Origin: Patescibacteria group bacterium
GTDB lineage: Bacteria; Patescibacteriota; Patescibacteriia; UBA9934; CAMTUG01
DNA: 64,000 nucleotides
Assembly (NCBI GenBank): GCA_038065815.1
Contig: JBBTQF010000012.1
Span: 1,663 to 65,662, forward strand
Direction: 5' to 3'
Part shown: positions 38,140 to 48,907 of the stretch, in pieces
Layout: each line of letters opens with the position of its first letter
How positions within the stretch are numbered: the first letter of the stretch is position 1
Notes under the pieces: model-generated
Databases searched by the model: none
The model's input: only the letters and a program-made list of their open reading frames with translations
Told to the model about the DNA's origin: nothing
Made by a program: the position numbers and the translations under genes

Positions 38140-38464
38140 ACTTTCCAAAGAACGGCATTTCCCAATACTTGCCTGCAAGGGCGTTCATAATACCGAGGAT
38201 CGCCAGAATAAGTAGCGTAATCCATAAAATCAACATCACCAACCAGCCGAGGATTGGAATGAGGCCGAGAATGAAGCTCGCAAACCACAAAAGTACCGAG
38301 GCGATGGTGAGCACAAGGCCTTGCTTGCCGTGAAATTGGGCGAATTTAGAGTCTTTACGCATCGTTAGTGGTAATAGACAGAGAATAAACAGATAGCCGA
38401 CGGCGGCAATGATGCGGTTGTATCGAATGTCTGGGTCGTGAAATTTTTGTGGTTGCATAAGCAA
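38117..38464 (-). CDS. DUF4870-like small membrane protein
   Basis: AAVGYL..KDSKFAQFHGKQG..GIMNALAGK..P..G pattern. Confidence 0.75.
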   Translation of the reverse strand: MLMQPQKFHDPDIRYNRIIAAVGYLFILCLLPLTMRKDSKFAQFHGKQGLVLTIASVLLWFASFILGLIPILGWLVMLILWITLLILAILGIMNALAGKYWEMPFFGKYAREIKL

Positions 38465-38497
38465 AAGGCGGGGGAAACCCCGCCTTTAGGATAGCAT

Positions 38498-40132
<1,635 letters not shown>

Positions 40133-40155
40133 TCATTAAGTCGTAGAGTCCGGAG

Positions 40156-40443
40156 CTACTCGATAATTGCGACGACATCGTCCATGCGAATCACGAGATA
40201 TTCTTGGTCGTCAACTTTGATTTCATCAGGCGCATATTTCTTAAACACGACCTTATCCCCGATCTTCACCTCCATGCTAGAGCGTGAGCCATTATCAAGC
40301 ACCTTGCCCGGACCAACAGCGATCACCTCACCGCGCTCCTGACGTTCCTTATCAACGGTATCAGGCAAAATAATCCCCGATTTTGTCACCTCTTCTTTGG
40401 AAAGACCACGGACAATTACATGATCACCTAGCGGTTTCAACAT
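40156..40443 (-). CDS. groS: Co-chaperonin GroES
   Basis: LKPLGDHVIV, TKSGIILPDT, VIAVGPG. Confidence 0.97.
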   Translation of the reverse strand: MLKPLGDHVIVRGLSKEEVTKSGIILPDTVDKERQERGEVIAVGPGKVLDNGSRSSMEVKIGDKVVFKKYAPDEIKVDDQEYLVIRMDDVVAIIE

Positions 40444-40502
40444 AACTATAAAATAATGAGTTAGGTACCCTATTTAGACATAATTAAGCATAGTTCGTCA
40501 AG

Positions 40503-40665
40503 GGGGTCTGTCGCCAAATGTGCTTTTGATACGAAACTTCAGATGTTCGAGACAGAATTGCTGAATAAACTTTGCGGTTTAACTATAGTTAAGCCAAAAA
40601 GTTTTGAAGCGATTATGGCCGGACAGATGAGGTTGTAGTCAAAATGACATTTGGCGACAGACCCC
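40503..40665. mobile_element. 163-bp MITE with 27-bp terminal inverted repeats and AAG target duplication
   Basis: GGGGTCTGTCGCCAAATGT(GC/CA)TTTTGA at both ends; AAG directly flanks both sides; no ORF. Confidence 0.8.
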
Positions 40666-40729
40666 AAGGGTAGAAAAACGACAAGACACGAGGGAGTGCC
40701 TCGTGTCGTGGTTAGATCGAAAAGAATGA

Positions 40730-41047
40730 TCATTGATGATGGATGCAGAGGAGGATGTCGGCCACCTCGCAGGATGACGTCATTGCGATTCGGATTTTAT
40801 CCGACCCCGCGTAGACGACGAGCGGAAGGAAGTCCTTGTCGAAGAGACCAGCACACGGCACTACCTTCACGCCCCTCATGTCGTGACTCATACGGGCAAA
40901 AACACGCTCCAGCAGTTTGCACGACTCGCCAGCGCTGTCAGTGTAGATCTCTTCACGGACACGAGTGAATCGTTCCGCGAGTTCCGTGATTACCGAAGAA
41001 GCGTTGTGGCGGATGAAGATACGAAAGACGTCCACTTTGGTTTTCAT
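40730..41047 (-). CDS. Small hypothetical protein (self-contained module)
   Basis: SD GGAGG, TTGACT-17-TATAAC promoter (41069-41097), hairpin gacacgagg/cctcgtgtc downstream. Confidence 0.6.
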   Translation of the reverse strand: MKTKVDVFRIFIRHNASSVITELAERFTRVREEIYTDSAGESCKLLERVFARMSHDMRGVKVVPCAGLFDKDFLPLVVYAGSDKIRIAMTSSCEVADILLCIHHQ

Positions 41048-41093
41048 GGTGCCTCCAAGGACGAGACGGTTATATCGTAAAACACCCGCGTAG

Positions 41094-42353
41094 TCAAGAG
41101 TGTGTGTGATCATCAGAAAGCCGTAGTGTCATTGCCATAGAAAAGGCAAGAAGAGCAAGGCCACTCCAAGAACTCCATAAATAGTGATCGAGCATGGCAA
41201 CAACCAGTAGAATGGTTCCAAAACCGATGGCTGTAATCGCGCGTACCGAGCCACGACGAATTGCTGTGTAATTAATTTTATCTATACTCCATGCCCACGC
41301 AAACAAGACAAGAGCTACAACAAAACCGACTTCGACAAGAATGAGTAGCAGGCTGTTGTGAATTGGCTGATAACTCCACTCTGGTTTGCCGGGATTGAGC
41401 TGTTCAAGCGCGAGCGGATAACCACCGACACCTATGCCAGTGAACGGTTGCTGAAGAAACACATCTGGAAACTGTTGATACTCACTCGTGCGCTCTGCGA
41501 GAGAGCGGGCCTCAAGACGAAGTTCGGGCGAAAAGCGAGAAAAAACAGGATCTGCAAAGACGCCGACGAATATAGCAAGCAACAACAACGTGAGCGAAAG
41601 AAATGGGAGTCCTGCCACAGCACGCACGCGATTTTTCCAGAGTAGCAGTGAGCCAGAGACAAGCAGAGCAAGAAAAAACGCGAGCCACGCGGAGCGAGAA
41701 AAAGAAATAACAAGAGCAAAAGAAAAAATGGAGAGCAGAGAGAGAAAAATTATTTTGTAGTGGCGAGGTCTCCTAGACTGTCGCGAAAGAAGCGCCAAGA
41801 TGCAGAACAGCGCGGTGGCGACGTACCCGCCAAACACGTTCGGATGATCAAACGTGCCATACGCACGCAACCAACGACTGGCTGTGCCTTCGATGACTGA
41901 TGTCCCAAGCATGTTTACGTCATGCTCCGCAAGACCAAACCAGCTCGATGAAAACGCGTCGCCAGTCAACACCTGATAAATCCCGATCCCGATTGGAATT
42001 AAAAGACCGAGACAGAAAGTGTGAAGCACTCTCAACGGCTGTACACGTTGATCAAGCAGGAGTAAAAAAAACAACGCCGCGAATAACAAATGCAACCACA
42101 GAAAAAAGGAAAGCTCGCGGTTTATTGCAAAGACGACGGACACGAGACTCGCAAGAAGTACAAAACCGAGCCAGCGCGCGGGAATTTGATGTTCCTTACG
42201 AATATGGAGCCTCAACCCAAAGAAAAATGTAACTAAAATCAACAACTCAACAGTATAAATACTAGTCACGCCATCATCAAAAATGTAGCGCGTCTGCCAC
42301 GGAAGCAAAAAAAGAATGAGTAAGACTAGACGCTCAAACATATCGCTTTCCAA
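41094..42353 (-). CDS. O-antigen ligase family membrane protein
   Basis: RAYGTFDHPNVFGGY, SFSRSAW, GIGVGGY, PIHN motifs. Confidence 0.88.
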   Translation of the reverse strand: MESDMFERLVLLILFLLPWQTRYIFDDGVTSIYTVELLILVTFFFGLRLHIRKEHQIPARWLGFVLLASLVSVVFAINRELSFFLWLHLLFAALFFLLLLDQRVQPLRVLHTFCLGLLIPIGIGIYQVLTGDAFSSSWFGLAEHDVNMLGTSVIEGTASRWLRAYGTFDHPNVFGGYVATALFCILALLSRQSRRPRHYKIIFLSLLSIFSFALVISFSRSAWLAFFLALLVSGSLLLWKNRVRAVAGLPFLSLTLLLLAIFVGVFADPVFSRFSPELRLEARSLAERTSEYQQFPDVFLQQPFTGIGVGGYPLALEQLNPGKPEWSYQPIHNSLLLILVEVGFVVALVLFAWAWSIDKINYTAIRRGSVRAITAIGFGTILLVVAMLDHYLWSSWSGLALLAFSMAMTLRLSDDHTHS

Positions 42354-43255
42354 CGACGCAAAAACTCTTCACGCCGATCGTTAGGATGAAACTTGAGCAT
42401 ATCGTCTGTCACGATGACGCGAGTGTCGAGATTTGCCACAGATTGAAGTTCTGATGGAAGACGGCGACGCTGAAGGATACGCGCGAGAGATTCAAAAATG
42501 TTCCTCCCAACGCGCTTACCAATGGCGTGACAGTTAGTTGGTTTATAAACGCGCCGAGCAGAGGCAAGACGCACGCCGAAACTGTTCGGAAATAATCCGT
42601 TCACCCATCCATTCTCGTGCACAAAATACTCAAAAAGACCATGATCAAACAACGGAACGCAGGAACGAATCCATTGAGCAAGATATAAATCACTTTTATG
42701 CAAACGGAGTGAGGAAAAATCGCGATGTGTCTCGCTTACAAAAAAACTAAAACAGAAAGGATCAATCACCCCAGTCGCGGGACGGCGACCAAACAACGCA
42801 AAAGGTGCGATCGTCAGAAGCCGTGTCAGCCACAAGGTGCCAGCACGCGTTATCACAAATAGATCAATGTCGCTCTCCGATTTAGTATTCGACCACGCCA
42901 ACGTGTTGCAGGCGATGACCGCCCGAATACTTGGAATGCGAGATAGATAGATAAGCGCGCGTTGCAAACAATGATATTTTCTACTCGCAAAAATGAAGCG
43001 CCTATGACGCAAAGCGGTCAGCTCTCTCACATTACTCAAGATAAAAAATCCGCCTTCTCGTTCGACTCGCTGAAAAAGCCAATCGCTCGTTTCAAGAACT
43101 TCTGTGACCTGTTCCAGCCGATACGGAGTCAAAGGTTCAATGAGCCATTTCCAAATCTCAAAGGATGTGACTGGAAACTCAAAAAGCGAAAACCAAGCAA
43201 CGGTTCGGAAAATCGCGCGTTCAAGATCCGTTTGGTTGAGCCTTAACTCGACCAT
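42326..43255 (-). CDS. Nucleotidyltransferase-fold conserved CPR protein
   Basis: SDIDLFVIT...LWLTR, FCFSFFVSE motifs. Confidence 0.65.
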   Translation of the reverse strand: MVELRLNQTDLERAIFRTVAWFSLFEFPVTSFEIWKWLIEPLTPYRLEQVTEVLETSDWLFQRVEREGGFFILSNVRELTALRHRRFIFASRKYHCLQRALIYLSRIPSIRAVIACNTLAWSNTKSESDIDLFVITRAGTLWLTRLLTIAPFALFGRRPATGVIDPFCFSFFVSETHRDFSSLRLHKSDLYLAQWIRSCVPLFDHGLFEYFVHENGWVNGLFPNSFGVRLASARRVYKPTNCHAIGKRVGRNIFESLARILQRRRLPSELQSVANLDTRVIVTDDMLKFHPNDRREEFLRRWKAICLSV

Positions 43256-43961
43256 ACCCTTTGAACACAATCATCTGTTGACCAATGGAAAACAGATTCG
43301 ACATAAGCCAGTATAATGCCAGACCGCCTGGCAACGAAGCACCAATAAGCACAGTGAGCACAGGCATAAAATATGTCATGGAACGATTCATCGCCACCAT
43401 CATTTCTTCGTCCTTTGAGCCGGTACTGCCCTCAACTGGTTTTGGTGGCTTCTGACGTGGCAACATCTTCGCCTGCACAAACTGCACAGCACCTGCAAGC
43501 ACGGCAAGCAGAATGCTCGGAGTCGTGAGATTAAACGTGTTCAAAAACATGCCGTCTATATGACCCGGATTTTGCACAAAATTGTAGAGCACGTCAAAAT
43601 TTGCTGTTCCTAATCCGTCCATCAACACTTTATACAGCACAATCAGAATCGGCAGTTGAACAATTAACGGCAAACACGACGCCAGCGGATTCACCTTCTC
43701 CTGCTTGTACAACTCCATCATCGCCTTTGCCTGTTCCTGTTTGTCAGTGTATTTCGCCTTGAGTTCCTTAATCTTCGGTTGTAGTTGTTGCATTGCGCGT
43801 TGCGACACAAGTGTCTTGTGCGAAAGTGGCGCAAGCAAAAATTTGAGTATGATCGTCAAAACGATGATCGCAAATCCAATGTCATTGCCCGGAAGCACAT
43901 CATACAACCAGACAAGCAGGTTAAACATTGGCTGATAGAGAATCGTGAAAAAAGGCGACAT
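43221..43961 (-). CDS. yidC: Membrane protein insertase YidC (short form)
   Basis: MQQLQPKIKELK, MELYKQEKVNPLASCLP..QLPI, GLALYW. Confidence 0.93.
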   Translation of the reverse strand: MSPFFTILYQPMFNLLVWLYDVLPGNDIGFAIIVLTIILKFLLAPLSHKTLVSQRAMQQLQPKIKELKAKYTDKQEQAKAMMELYKQEKVNPLASCLPLIVQLPILIVLYKVLMDGLGTANFDVLYNFVQNPGHIDGMFLNTFNLTTPSILLAVLAGAVQFVQAKMLPRQKPPKPVEGSTGSKDEEMMVAMNRSMTYFMPVLTVLIGASLPGGLALYWLMSNLFSIGQQMIVFKGYGRVKAQPNGS

Positions 43962-43967
43962 AGCGAA

Positions 43968-45167
43968 TTACTCTTGCATTTGAGTTACCTCAATATTTTC
44001 TTCCGCGACTTTTTCCTCACCAGCAATATTAATTTTCCACTCTGTGAGTTTTGCCGCGAGGCGCACGTTCTGTCCACCGCGACCAATAGCAAGAGAAAGT
44101 TGATCTGCCACCACTTTCACCGTCGCTGTTTTCTCTTCTGAATTGAGTTCAACTGCAAGCACTTTCGCCGGCGAAAGTGCTGCCATAATGAACGCCTTCG
44201 AATCTTCATTCCACTCAATGATGTCAACTTTTTCTCCGCCAAGCTCGGCGATGATCGTCTGAATGCGCGTGCCACGCTGGCCGATGCAGGCGCCAACCGG
44301 ATCAATGGCGTCATCAGACGTCCATACGGCGACTTTCGAGCGAGAACCGGCTTCGCGGGCAATGCCTTTGACTACCACGCTTCCATCACCAATTTCAGGT
44401 ATCTCCATCTCGAACAGACGGCGAACAAACTCTTCGCTGGCGCGTGTGACAAGCAACTCCGGTCCGCGTGCTCCAAGCTCCACCTCGCGCAAAAGAACTT
44501 TGATGCGATCGCCGGTGTTATAACGCTCGGTCGGCACTTGGTCTTCGGATCTCATCACGCCTGTCGCGCGACCAATATCCACGAGCACGATATGCCCTTC
44601 GCGTCGCTGTACCGTGCCGTTCAAAATCTGCCCCTTCTCATCCTTGAATTCCTTAAAGATAATTTCACGTTCGGCCTCACGCAACTTCTGCGTGACCACC
44701 TGCTTGGCGGTCTGTGCGGCCATGCGACCAAACGCGCCCGGCACGACGAGCTCCATACGAATCACCTTACCAAGCTCTGTCTCATCATCAATCAATCGGG
44801 CCTGCAAAAGCATAATTTCTGTTTTTGGATTGAAACGCTTCTGCTCTTCCTCCGACTTTGGCTGTAATTCAGCAGGCACTTCGGCACCGGGCGACAATGC
44901 CGCGAGCGCCTCTTTGCGAGTTACCTCTTCCTGATGCTGACGCTCAAGTTCTTCATCGGAGATATCTTCGACAACAATCTTCACATCAAAAGCGCGAATC
45001 TTTCCAGACTCGGGATCAAATTCCGTTTCGACGTTCTGATTTTTCTCGCCAAAATCTTTACGATAAGCGGCGGCGAGCGCGGCCTCAATTGTCTTAAGCA
45101 CGTCGTCGTACGCAAGACCTTTTTCGTCGCAAATCTGCCGGATCGCTTGTTCAATGAGACTGGACAT
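43968..45167 (-). CDS. nusA: Transcription termination factor NusA
   Basis: FGRMAAQTAKQV, AREAGSRSKVAV, ACIGQRG, SLAIGRGGQNVRLA. Confidence 0.97.
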   Translation of the reverse strand: MSSLIEQAIRQICDEKGLAYDDVLKTIEAALAAAYRKDFGEKNQNVETEFDPESGKIRAFDVKIVVEDISDEELERQHQEEVTRKEALAALSPGAEVPAELQPKSEEEQKRFNPKTEIMLLQARLIDDETELGKVIRMELVVPGAFGRMAAQTAKQVVTQKLREAEREIIFKEFKDEKGQILNGTVQRREGHIVLVDIGRATGVMRSEDQVPTERYNTGDRIKVLLREVELGARGPELLVTRASEEFVRRLFEMEIPEIGDGSVVVKGIAREAGSRSKVAVWTSDDAIDPVGACIGQRGTRIQTIIAELGGEKVDIIEWNEDSKAFIMAALSPAKVLAVELNSEEKTATVKVVADQLSLAIGRGGQNVRLAAKLTEWKINIAGEEKVAEENIEVTQMQE

Positions 45168-45251
45168 AATAACTTCTTAACAAATTGAACCCGTCTAGCC
45201 TGACGAGTTCTGTCTATGGAAGGATACCACAAGCCGTAATGACGCGCAACC

Positions 45252-45611
45252 TCATACGCCTTTAAGGTGGACTAAATTATACTGCTCTCCCGGCAATGTA
45301 GAGATGGCAATGACATCAAAGCGATAAAGTCGCTCGCTCCAATTGCGCTCTTCCAAAAAACATTCGGCGCTAGCCTCCAAGTGTCGGAGTTTCTGTGGCG
45401 TCACGGAATCTTCTGGATAACCACTACCCAGCGATTGTCGCGTCTTTACCTCAACAAAAACTACCTCGCCCTCTGTTCTGTCCAAACACACCAGATCAAT
45501 CTCTCCAAATGGCGAGCGCCACTGCGTATCAAGGATGTCGTACCCGAGTGAAGCAAGAAATCGAGCTGCTTCCTCTTCGCCTTGATTTCCAAACCTTCGC
45601 CGCTCGTCCAT
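45252..45611 (-). CDS. YraN family (UPF0102) endonuclease-like protein
   Basis: GNQGEEEA, GEIDLV, VFVEVKTR, RFDVIAI. Confidence 0.9.
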   Translation of the reverse strand: MDERRRFGNQGEEEAARFLASLGYDILDTQWRSPFGEIDLVCLDRTEGEVVFVEVKTRQSLGSGYPEDSVTPQKLRHLEASAECFLEERNWSERLYRFDVIAISTLPGEQYNLVHLKGV

Positions 45612-45612
45612 A

Positions 45613-46029
45613 TTATTTCTTTGGCTTTGGCAGATATTTTTCACGAATAGCCCGTTCGGCCATGTTGGCGCGCTCCGCTGGCACAATTTTTTTCACCCAA
45701 CGCACGATAAAACCGAGCCAAACAAGGAAACCAGCCCCCAACAGCAAAAACCACAATCGCATACCAAGAAATGGAATCTGTTGATAGGTGAAAAAAAAGA
45801 AAACTAATCCAGCAATCCCCATTGTAACGCATAACTGTCCGATACGACGGAACAGACCGAGAGTGAAGCGGTCCTCGGTACGACGAGTGGCAACGACGCG
45901 AACGATCACTCCAAACGTAAAGAGGATAGCAAACAACGCGAACAAGAGCCTTGAACTGCCAGCAAGAAGCGGGCTGGGGTCGCGGTCAAACCAGAACGAG
46001 GATGAGATCAATGGGCGAATGTCGAACAT
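45613..46029 (-). CDS. Hypothetical 3-TM membrane protein
   Basis: Conserved CPR-like FF.YQQIPFLGMR..EKYLP pattern. Confidence 0.65.
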   Translation of the reverse strand: MFDIRPLISSSFWFDRDPSPLLAGSSRLLFALFAILFTFGVIVRVVATRRTEDRFTLGLFRRIGQLCVTMGIAGLVFFFFTYQQIPFLGMRLWFLLLGAGFLVWLGFIVRWVKKIVPAERANMAERAIREKYLPKPKK

Positions 46030-46036
46030 AAAAAAA

Positions 46037-46582
46037 TTATTTGCGAAAAACTAAACCCCAATGATACTGCCCTGCCTTGAACGAATGGTCAAGTTGAAAG
46101 CCGAATCGAGTGAAAAGATCACCCACGAGCTCCTTACCAACACGCTGATCAATTGGAGGACCAATTGGTGTCTTGCTGGTCAACCAATCCACGACGACAA
46201 GCGCCCCATCACTCTTGAGCGTGCGCTTTATCTCCTTAACGAGCAGTTCACGATTTTTTACAAGATAAAAATTGTTGACGAGGAGGATCGTATCCAAACT
46301 AGCGTCAGTAACACGCACACCGCCAATGCGTTCAATGTCGCCCCATAAAGGCTCAATGTTGGTAAAGCCATTCAGGCTGGCGTAACTTCGTATGGAGGTG
46401 ATGACTTGTTTTTGAATATCAACCGCATACACGCGCCCCTTCGGCCCGACAGCCGTAGCGGCAGGAAAAACAAAATGGCCACCGGGGCCACAACCAAAAT
46501 CTGCGACAACAAATCCTTCGCGCAAATGCGCCTCTCGCAAAATGCATCGAGCGTCTAACAACATCGAGGATGAGAACACCAT
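46037..46582 (-). CDS. Class I SAM-dependent methyltransferase
   Basis: VADFGCGPGG, VYAVDIQ, VVVDW. Confidence 0.85.
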   Translation of the reverse strand: MVFSSSMLLDARCILREAHLREGFVVADFGCGPGGHFVFPAATAVGPKGRVYAVDIQKQVITSIRSYASLNGFTNIEPLWGDIERIGGVRVTDASLDTILLVNNFYLVKNRELLVKEIKRTLKSDGALVVVDWLTSKTPIGPPIDQRVGKELVGDLFTRFGFQLDHSFKAGQYHWGLVFRK

Positions 46583-46596
46583 AGAGACCTCTGTAG

Positions 46597-46851
46597 TTAT
46601 TCAAGCGAGGAAAACATAGGGCCAAACACGCTGATTACCATTCCCTGAAGAATATTAGTCGCAATGAATACGCCAAGAAAACATAAAGCGACTCCAATGA
46701 GTTTGTAAAACAGGCGACTACCACCCTCAAAACCTAAATGTTGCTCTGCAAATGTGCTACGGCCAAAAAAACTCAAATAAGCCTCCGTCTTCCACACCAT
46801 GTGAAATCCAACAGCTGTAATAAGAAGACCTAAAATAATGCGACCGACCAT
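46597..46851 (-). CDS. Small membrane protein
   Basis: Two TM helices around FAEQHLG.EGGSRLFYKLIG. Confidence 0.65.
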   Translation of the reverse strand: MVGRIILGLLITAVGFHMVWKTEAYLSFFGRSTFAEQHLGFEGGSRLFYKLIGVALCFLGVFIATNILQGMVISVFGPMFSSLE

Positions 46852-46877
46852 ACCGCCTCAAGTATACCAAAAATGAT

Positions 46878-46954
46878 TGGTGGGCGCTGTAGGGCTCGAA
46901 CCTACGACCTTCGCGGTGTAAACGCGACGCTCTAACCAACTGAGCTAAGCGCCC
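46878..46954 (-). tRNA. tRNA-Val(TAC)
   Basis: GGGCGCT acceptor, TCGCG-TTTACAC-CGCGA anticodon arm, GTTCGAG, encoded CCA. Confidence 0.97.
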
Positions 46955-47015
46955 TGACAGCAGTAGCGTACAGGGGCTTGTCAGAGGCGTCAAAATGATT
47001 TAGCATCATCCACAC

Positions 47016-47099
47016 GCGGACGTGGTGAAATGGTAGACACGCTGGCTCGAGGGGCCAGTGCCGCAAGGCGTGGAGGTTCGAGTCCTCTCGTCCGCACCA
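47016..47099 (+). tRNA. tRNA-Leu(GAG)
   Basis: GCGGACG/CGTCCGC acceptor, long variable arm, A73, CCA; anticodon loop TCGAGGG. Confidence 0.93.
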
Positions 47100-47134
47100 A
47101 AACATTGATTCCAATTTGGAATCAATGTTTTTTT
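47099..47134. terminator. Bidirectional terminator between tRNA-Leu and the NUDIX gene
   Basis: aaaacattgattcca-att-tggaatcaatgtttt palindrome with T-run. Confidence 0.7.
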
Positions 47135-47665
47135 CTAGAACGGTAATCGGTCTTGGTACGCCTCCCACAAGCTCAAAAATGGTAGGGAAAATTTAGCTGG
47201 ATCGCTCTTTATAAGATGCTCAACCTCTTTTCGCGTAAGCTCAACTAGCTCATCTTGCTCCTGCGGATTTTGCATGACAGGCTCTTTATGGGTGCAATAA
47301 AAAACGGCGACTAGTCGCCGTACTTCGTCCTCGTAACACTCCATCTTTTCGCCGAGCATAGCGAGGTCGGCGTAGTCTATGAACAACTCGGTCGCGAGCA
47401 CCCGCCGAGCCGCGACTTCCAACGGCTCACGATGGCGCACGATAGTTGCGGCTGTGGCCCCAAGCCGACCAGCATACAATTTTTTTTGTTTTGCGGCCTG
47501 CGGAATACGACACAACACGAGCTTTTTATCTTTAGAAAAAACGAGTACGTATACACCATGCAAAAAGTCCATGCGCTTGTCAACGTCCTTACGCTTCTTT
47601 GTGCCAACGACCTCCCCTCGCTCGTTGAGGAGCTCCACATAAAACTCTTCATGAGACGACAACAT
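47135..47665 (-). CDS. NUDIX-fold protein (IPP-isomerase-like, degenerate box)
   Basis: VELLNERGEVVG..LHGVYVLVF..EPLEVAARRVLATEL. Confidence 0.7.
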   Translation of the reverse strand: MLSSHEEFYVELLNERGEVVGTKKRKDVDKRMDFLHGVYVLVFSKDKKLVLCRIPQAAKQKKLYAGRLGATAATIVRHREPLEVAARRVLATELFIDYADLAMLGEKMECYEDEVRRLVAVFYCTHKEPVMQNPQEQDELVELTRKEVEHLIKSDPAKFSLPFLSLWEAYQDRLPF

Positions 47666-47720
47666 ATGAGACTAGTATACCAGAACGAGACAATACACGA
47701 CAGGCCACTAAGTGGCAGGC

Positions 47721-48470
47721 CTAAAATTTTCGCGCTCGCCCGGTGATGACTTTCAGCGTTCCCTCTTCCACGCCGATCTGAAATTGATCCGCTCGCATCT
47801 CCTCTCCATCACACAAAACGCGGATTGGGTGCTTGGATTGCAAAAAGGCAGTATGGATTGGCAGACGCGTCTGACAACTCTGCTTTCGACGAAAAAAAGA
47901 TCTACGTCCGTCAGTACGGATAACAGCGTCAAGCGTGCCGTCTTGTGGGTTGCCGACCTCCTCCTGTTCGATGGCATCAAATGTTGTAAAGTTGTGAATC
48001 TCCATCGTACCGCGATCTGTGAGCGTCACCCGATAACGCCCATCGCAGAAGAGTTCGGCTTCAGGCGTGAGCACACGCAGTCCGGCCACAAAGCGCTTGC
48101 CATTTAAAAGACCAACATCAACTTGCTGAATAACCCGCGCCGAGAGCACATCACAAGAGGCCACTCCGCTTGATACGCCAATCATCCGAGCAAATGCGCT
48201 TTCGCCACCAACTGGAATCATCCCAAGCGGTAAGCCGACCTCAACAACTGCATCAAGCACTTTACGCACGGTGTGATCATTCCCGACCACAACGACCGTC
48301 GAGACGCCACGACGCGCCTCATCACGAATCTGCTCGTCGGCACGCTTAAACAATGCGAGGCGGATGATTTTGCCGGTGATGCCAAGATCGGTCAAACGAT
48401 TTTCTATTGACGCCACCTCGCGCTCGTGTCGCTTCTCCTGAACAAATTCGTCGTAGATATAAAGATACAT
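47721..48470 (-). CDS. Diacylglycerol-kinase-family-like protein
   Basis: VVVVGNDHTV, LGMIPVG, VDVG, DGTLD, CDGE. Confidence 0.75.
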   Translation of the reverse strand: MYLYIYDEFVQEKRHEREVASIENRLTDLGITGKIIRLALFKRADEQIRDEARRGVSTVVVVGNDHTVRKVLDAVVEVGLPLGMIPVGGESAFARMIGVSSGVASCDVLSARVIQQVDVGLLNGKRFVAGLRVLTPEAELFCDGRYRVTLTDRGTMEIHNFTTFDAIEQEEVGNPQDGTLDAVIRTDGRRSFFRRKQSCQTRLPIHTAFLQSKHPIRVLCDGEEMRADQFQIGVEEGTLKVITGRARKF

Positions 48471-48481
48471 TATTTCATCCG

Positions 48482-48853
48482 CTACTCGTTGACCTTCTTT
48501 CCTCCAACTTTCTCCCCCATACTCACTCGCCCATTAATCATGGCGCCCGCTGCAACCGAGAGCACTTGCGCTTCAATGTCTCCCATCACCCGCGACGACT
48601 CGACAAGCTCAAGACGGTCGGCCACACGCATATTCCCGCCAATCTCGCCTGCGACCATCGCGTTTTGCGCGGACACGTCGGCATGAATGCGCGCTGATGG
48701 CCCTACGTGTAAATCTCCGGCCACGACGACCGATCCTGTAACTTCCCCCTCAATAATCACGTTTCCATTGCTGGTGAATTCCCCATCAACTTTCACTCCT
48801 TGTGCGATCACCGTTTCACCGCCTGGTGAGGCACCCGCTTCGCGTTTGAACAT
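48482..48853 (-). CDS. Bactofilin (polymer-forming cytoskeletal protein)
   Basis: ETVIAQGVKVDGEF..VIIEGEVTG..GA.INGRVSM beta-helix repeats. Confidence 0.9.
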   Translation of the reverse strand: MFKREAGASPGGETVIAQGVKVDGEFTSNGNVIIEGEVTGSVVVAGDLHVGPSARIHADVSAQNAMVAGEIGGNMRVADRLELVESSRVMGDIEAQVLSVAAGAMINGRVSMGEKVGGKKVNE

Positions 48854-48907
48854 AAGCTCGTGGATAATAGACGATAGATAGAAGTTATGGATTAGACAAC
48901 AGGTCTA

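Noticed and set aside
40444-40502. CIRCE operator before groES
   Set aside because: No TTAGCACTC-N9-GAGTGCTAA match.
46878-47099. tRNA pair as an island integration site
   Set aside because: No integrase and no duplicated tRNA 3' end seen nearby.
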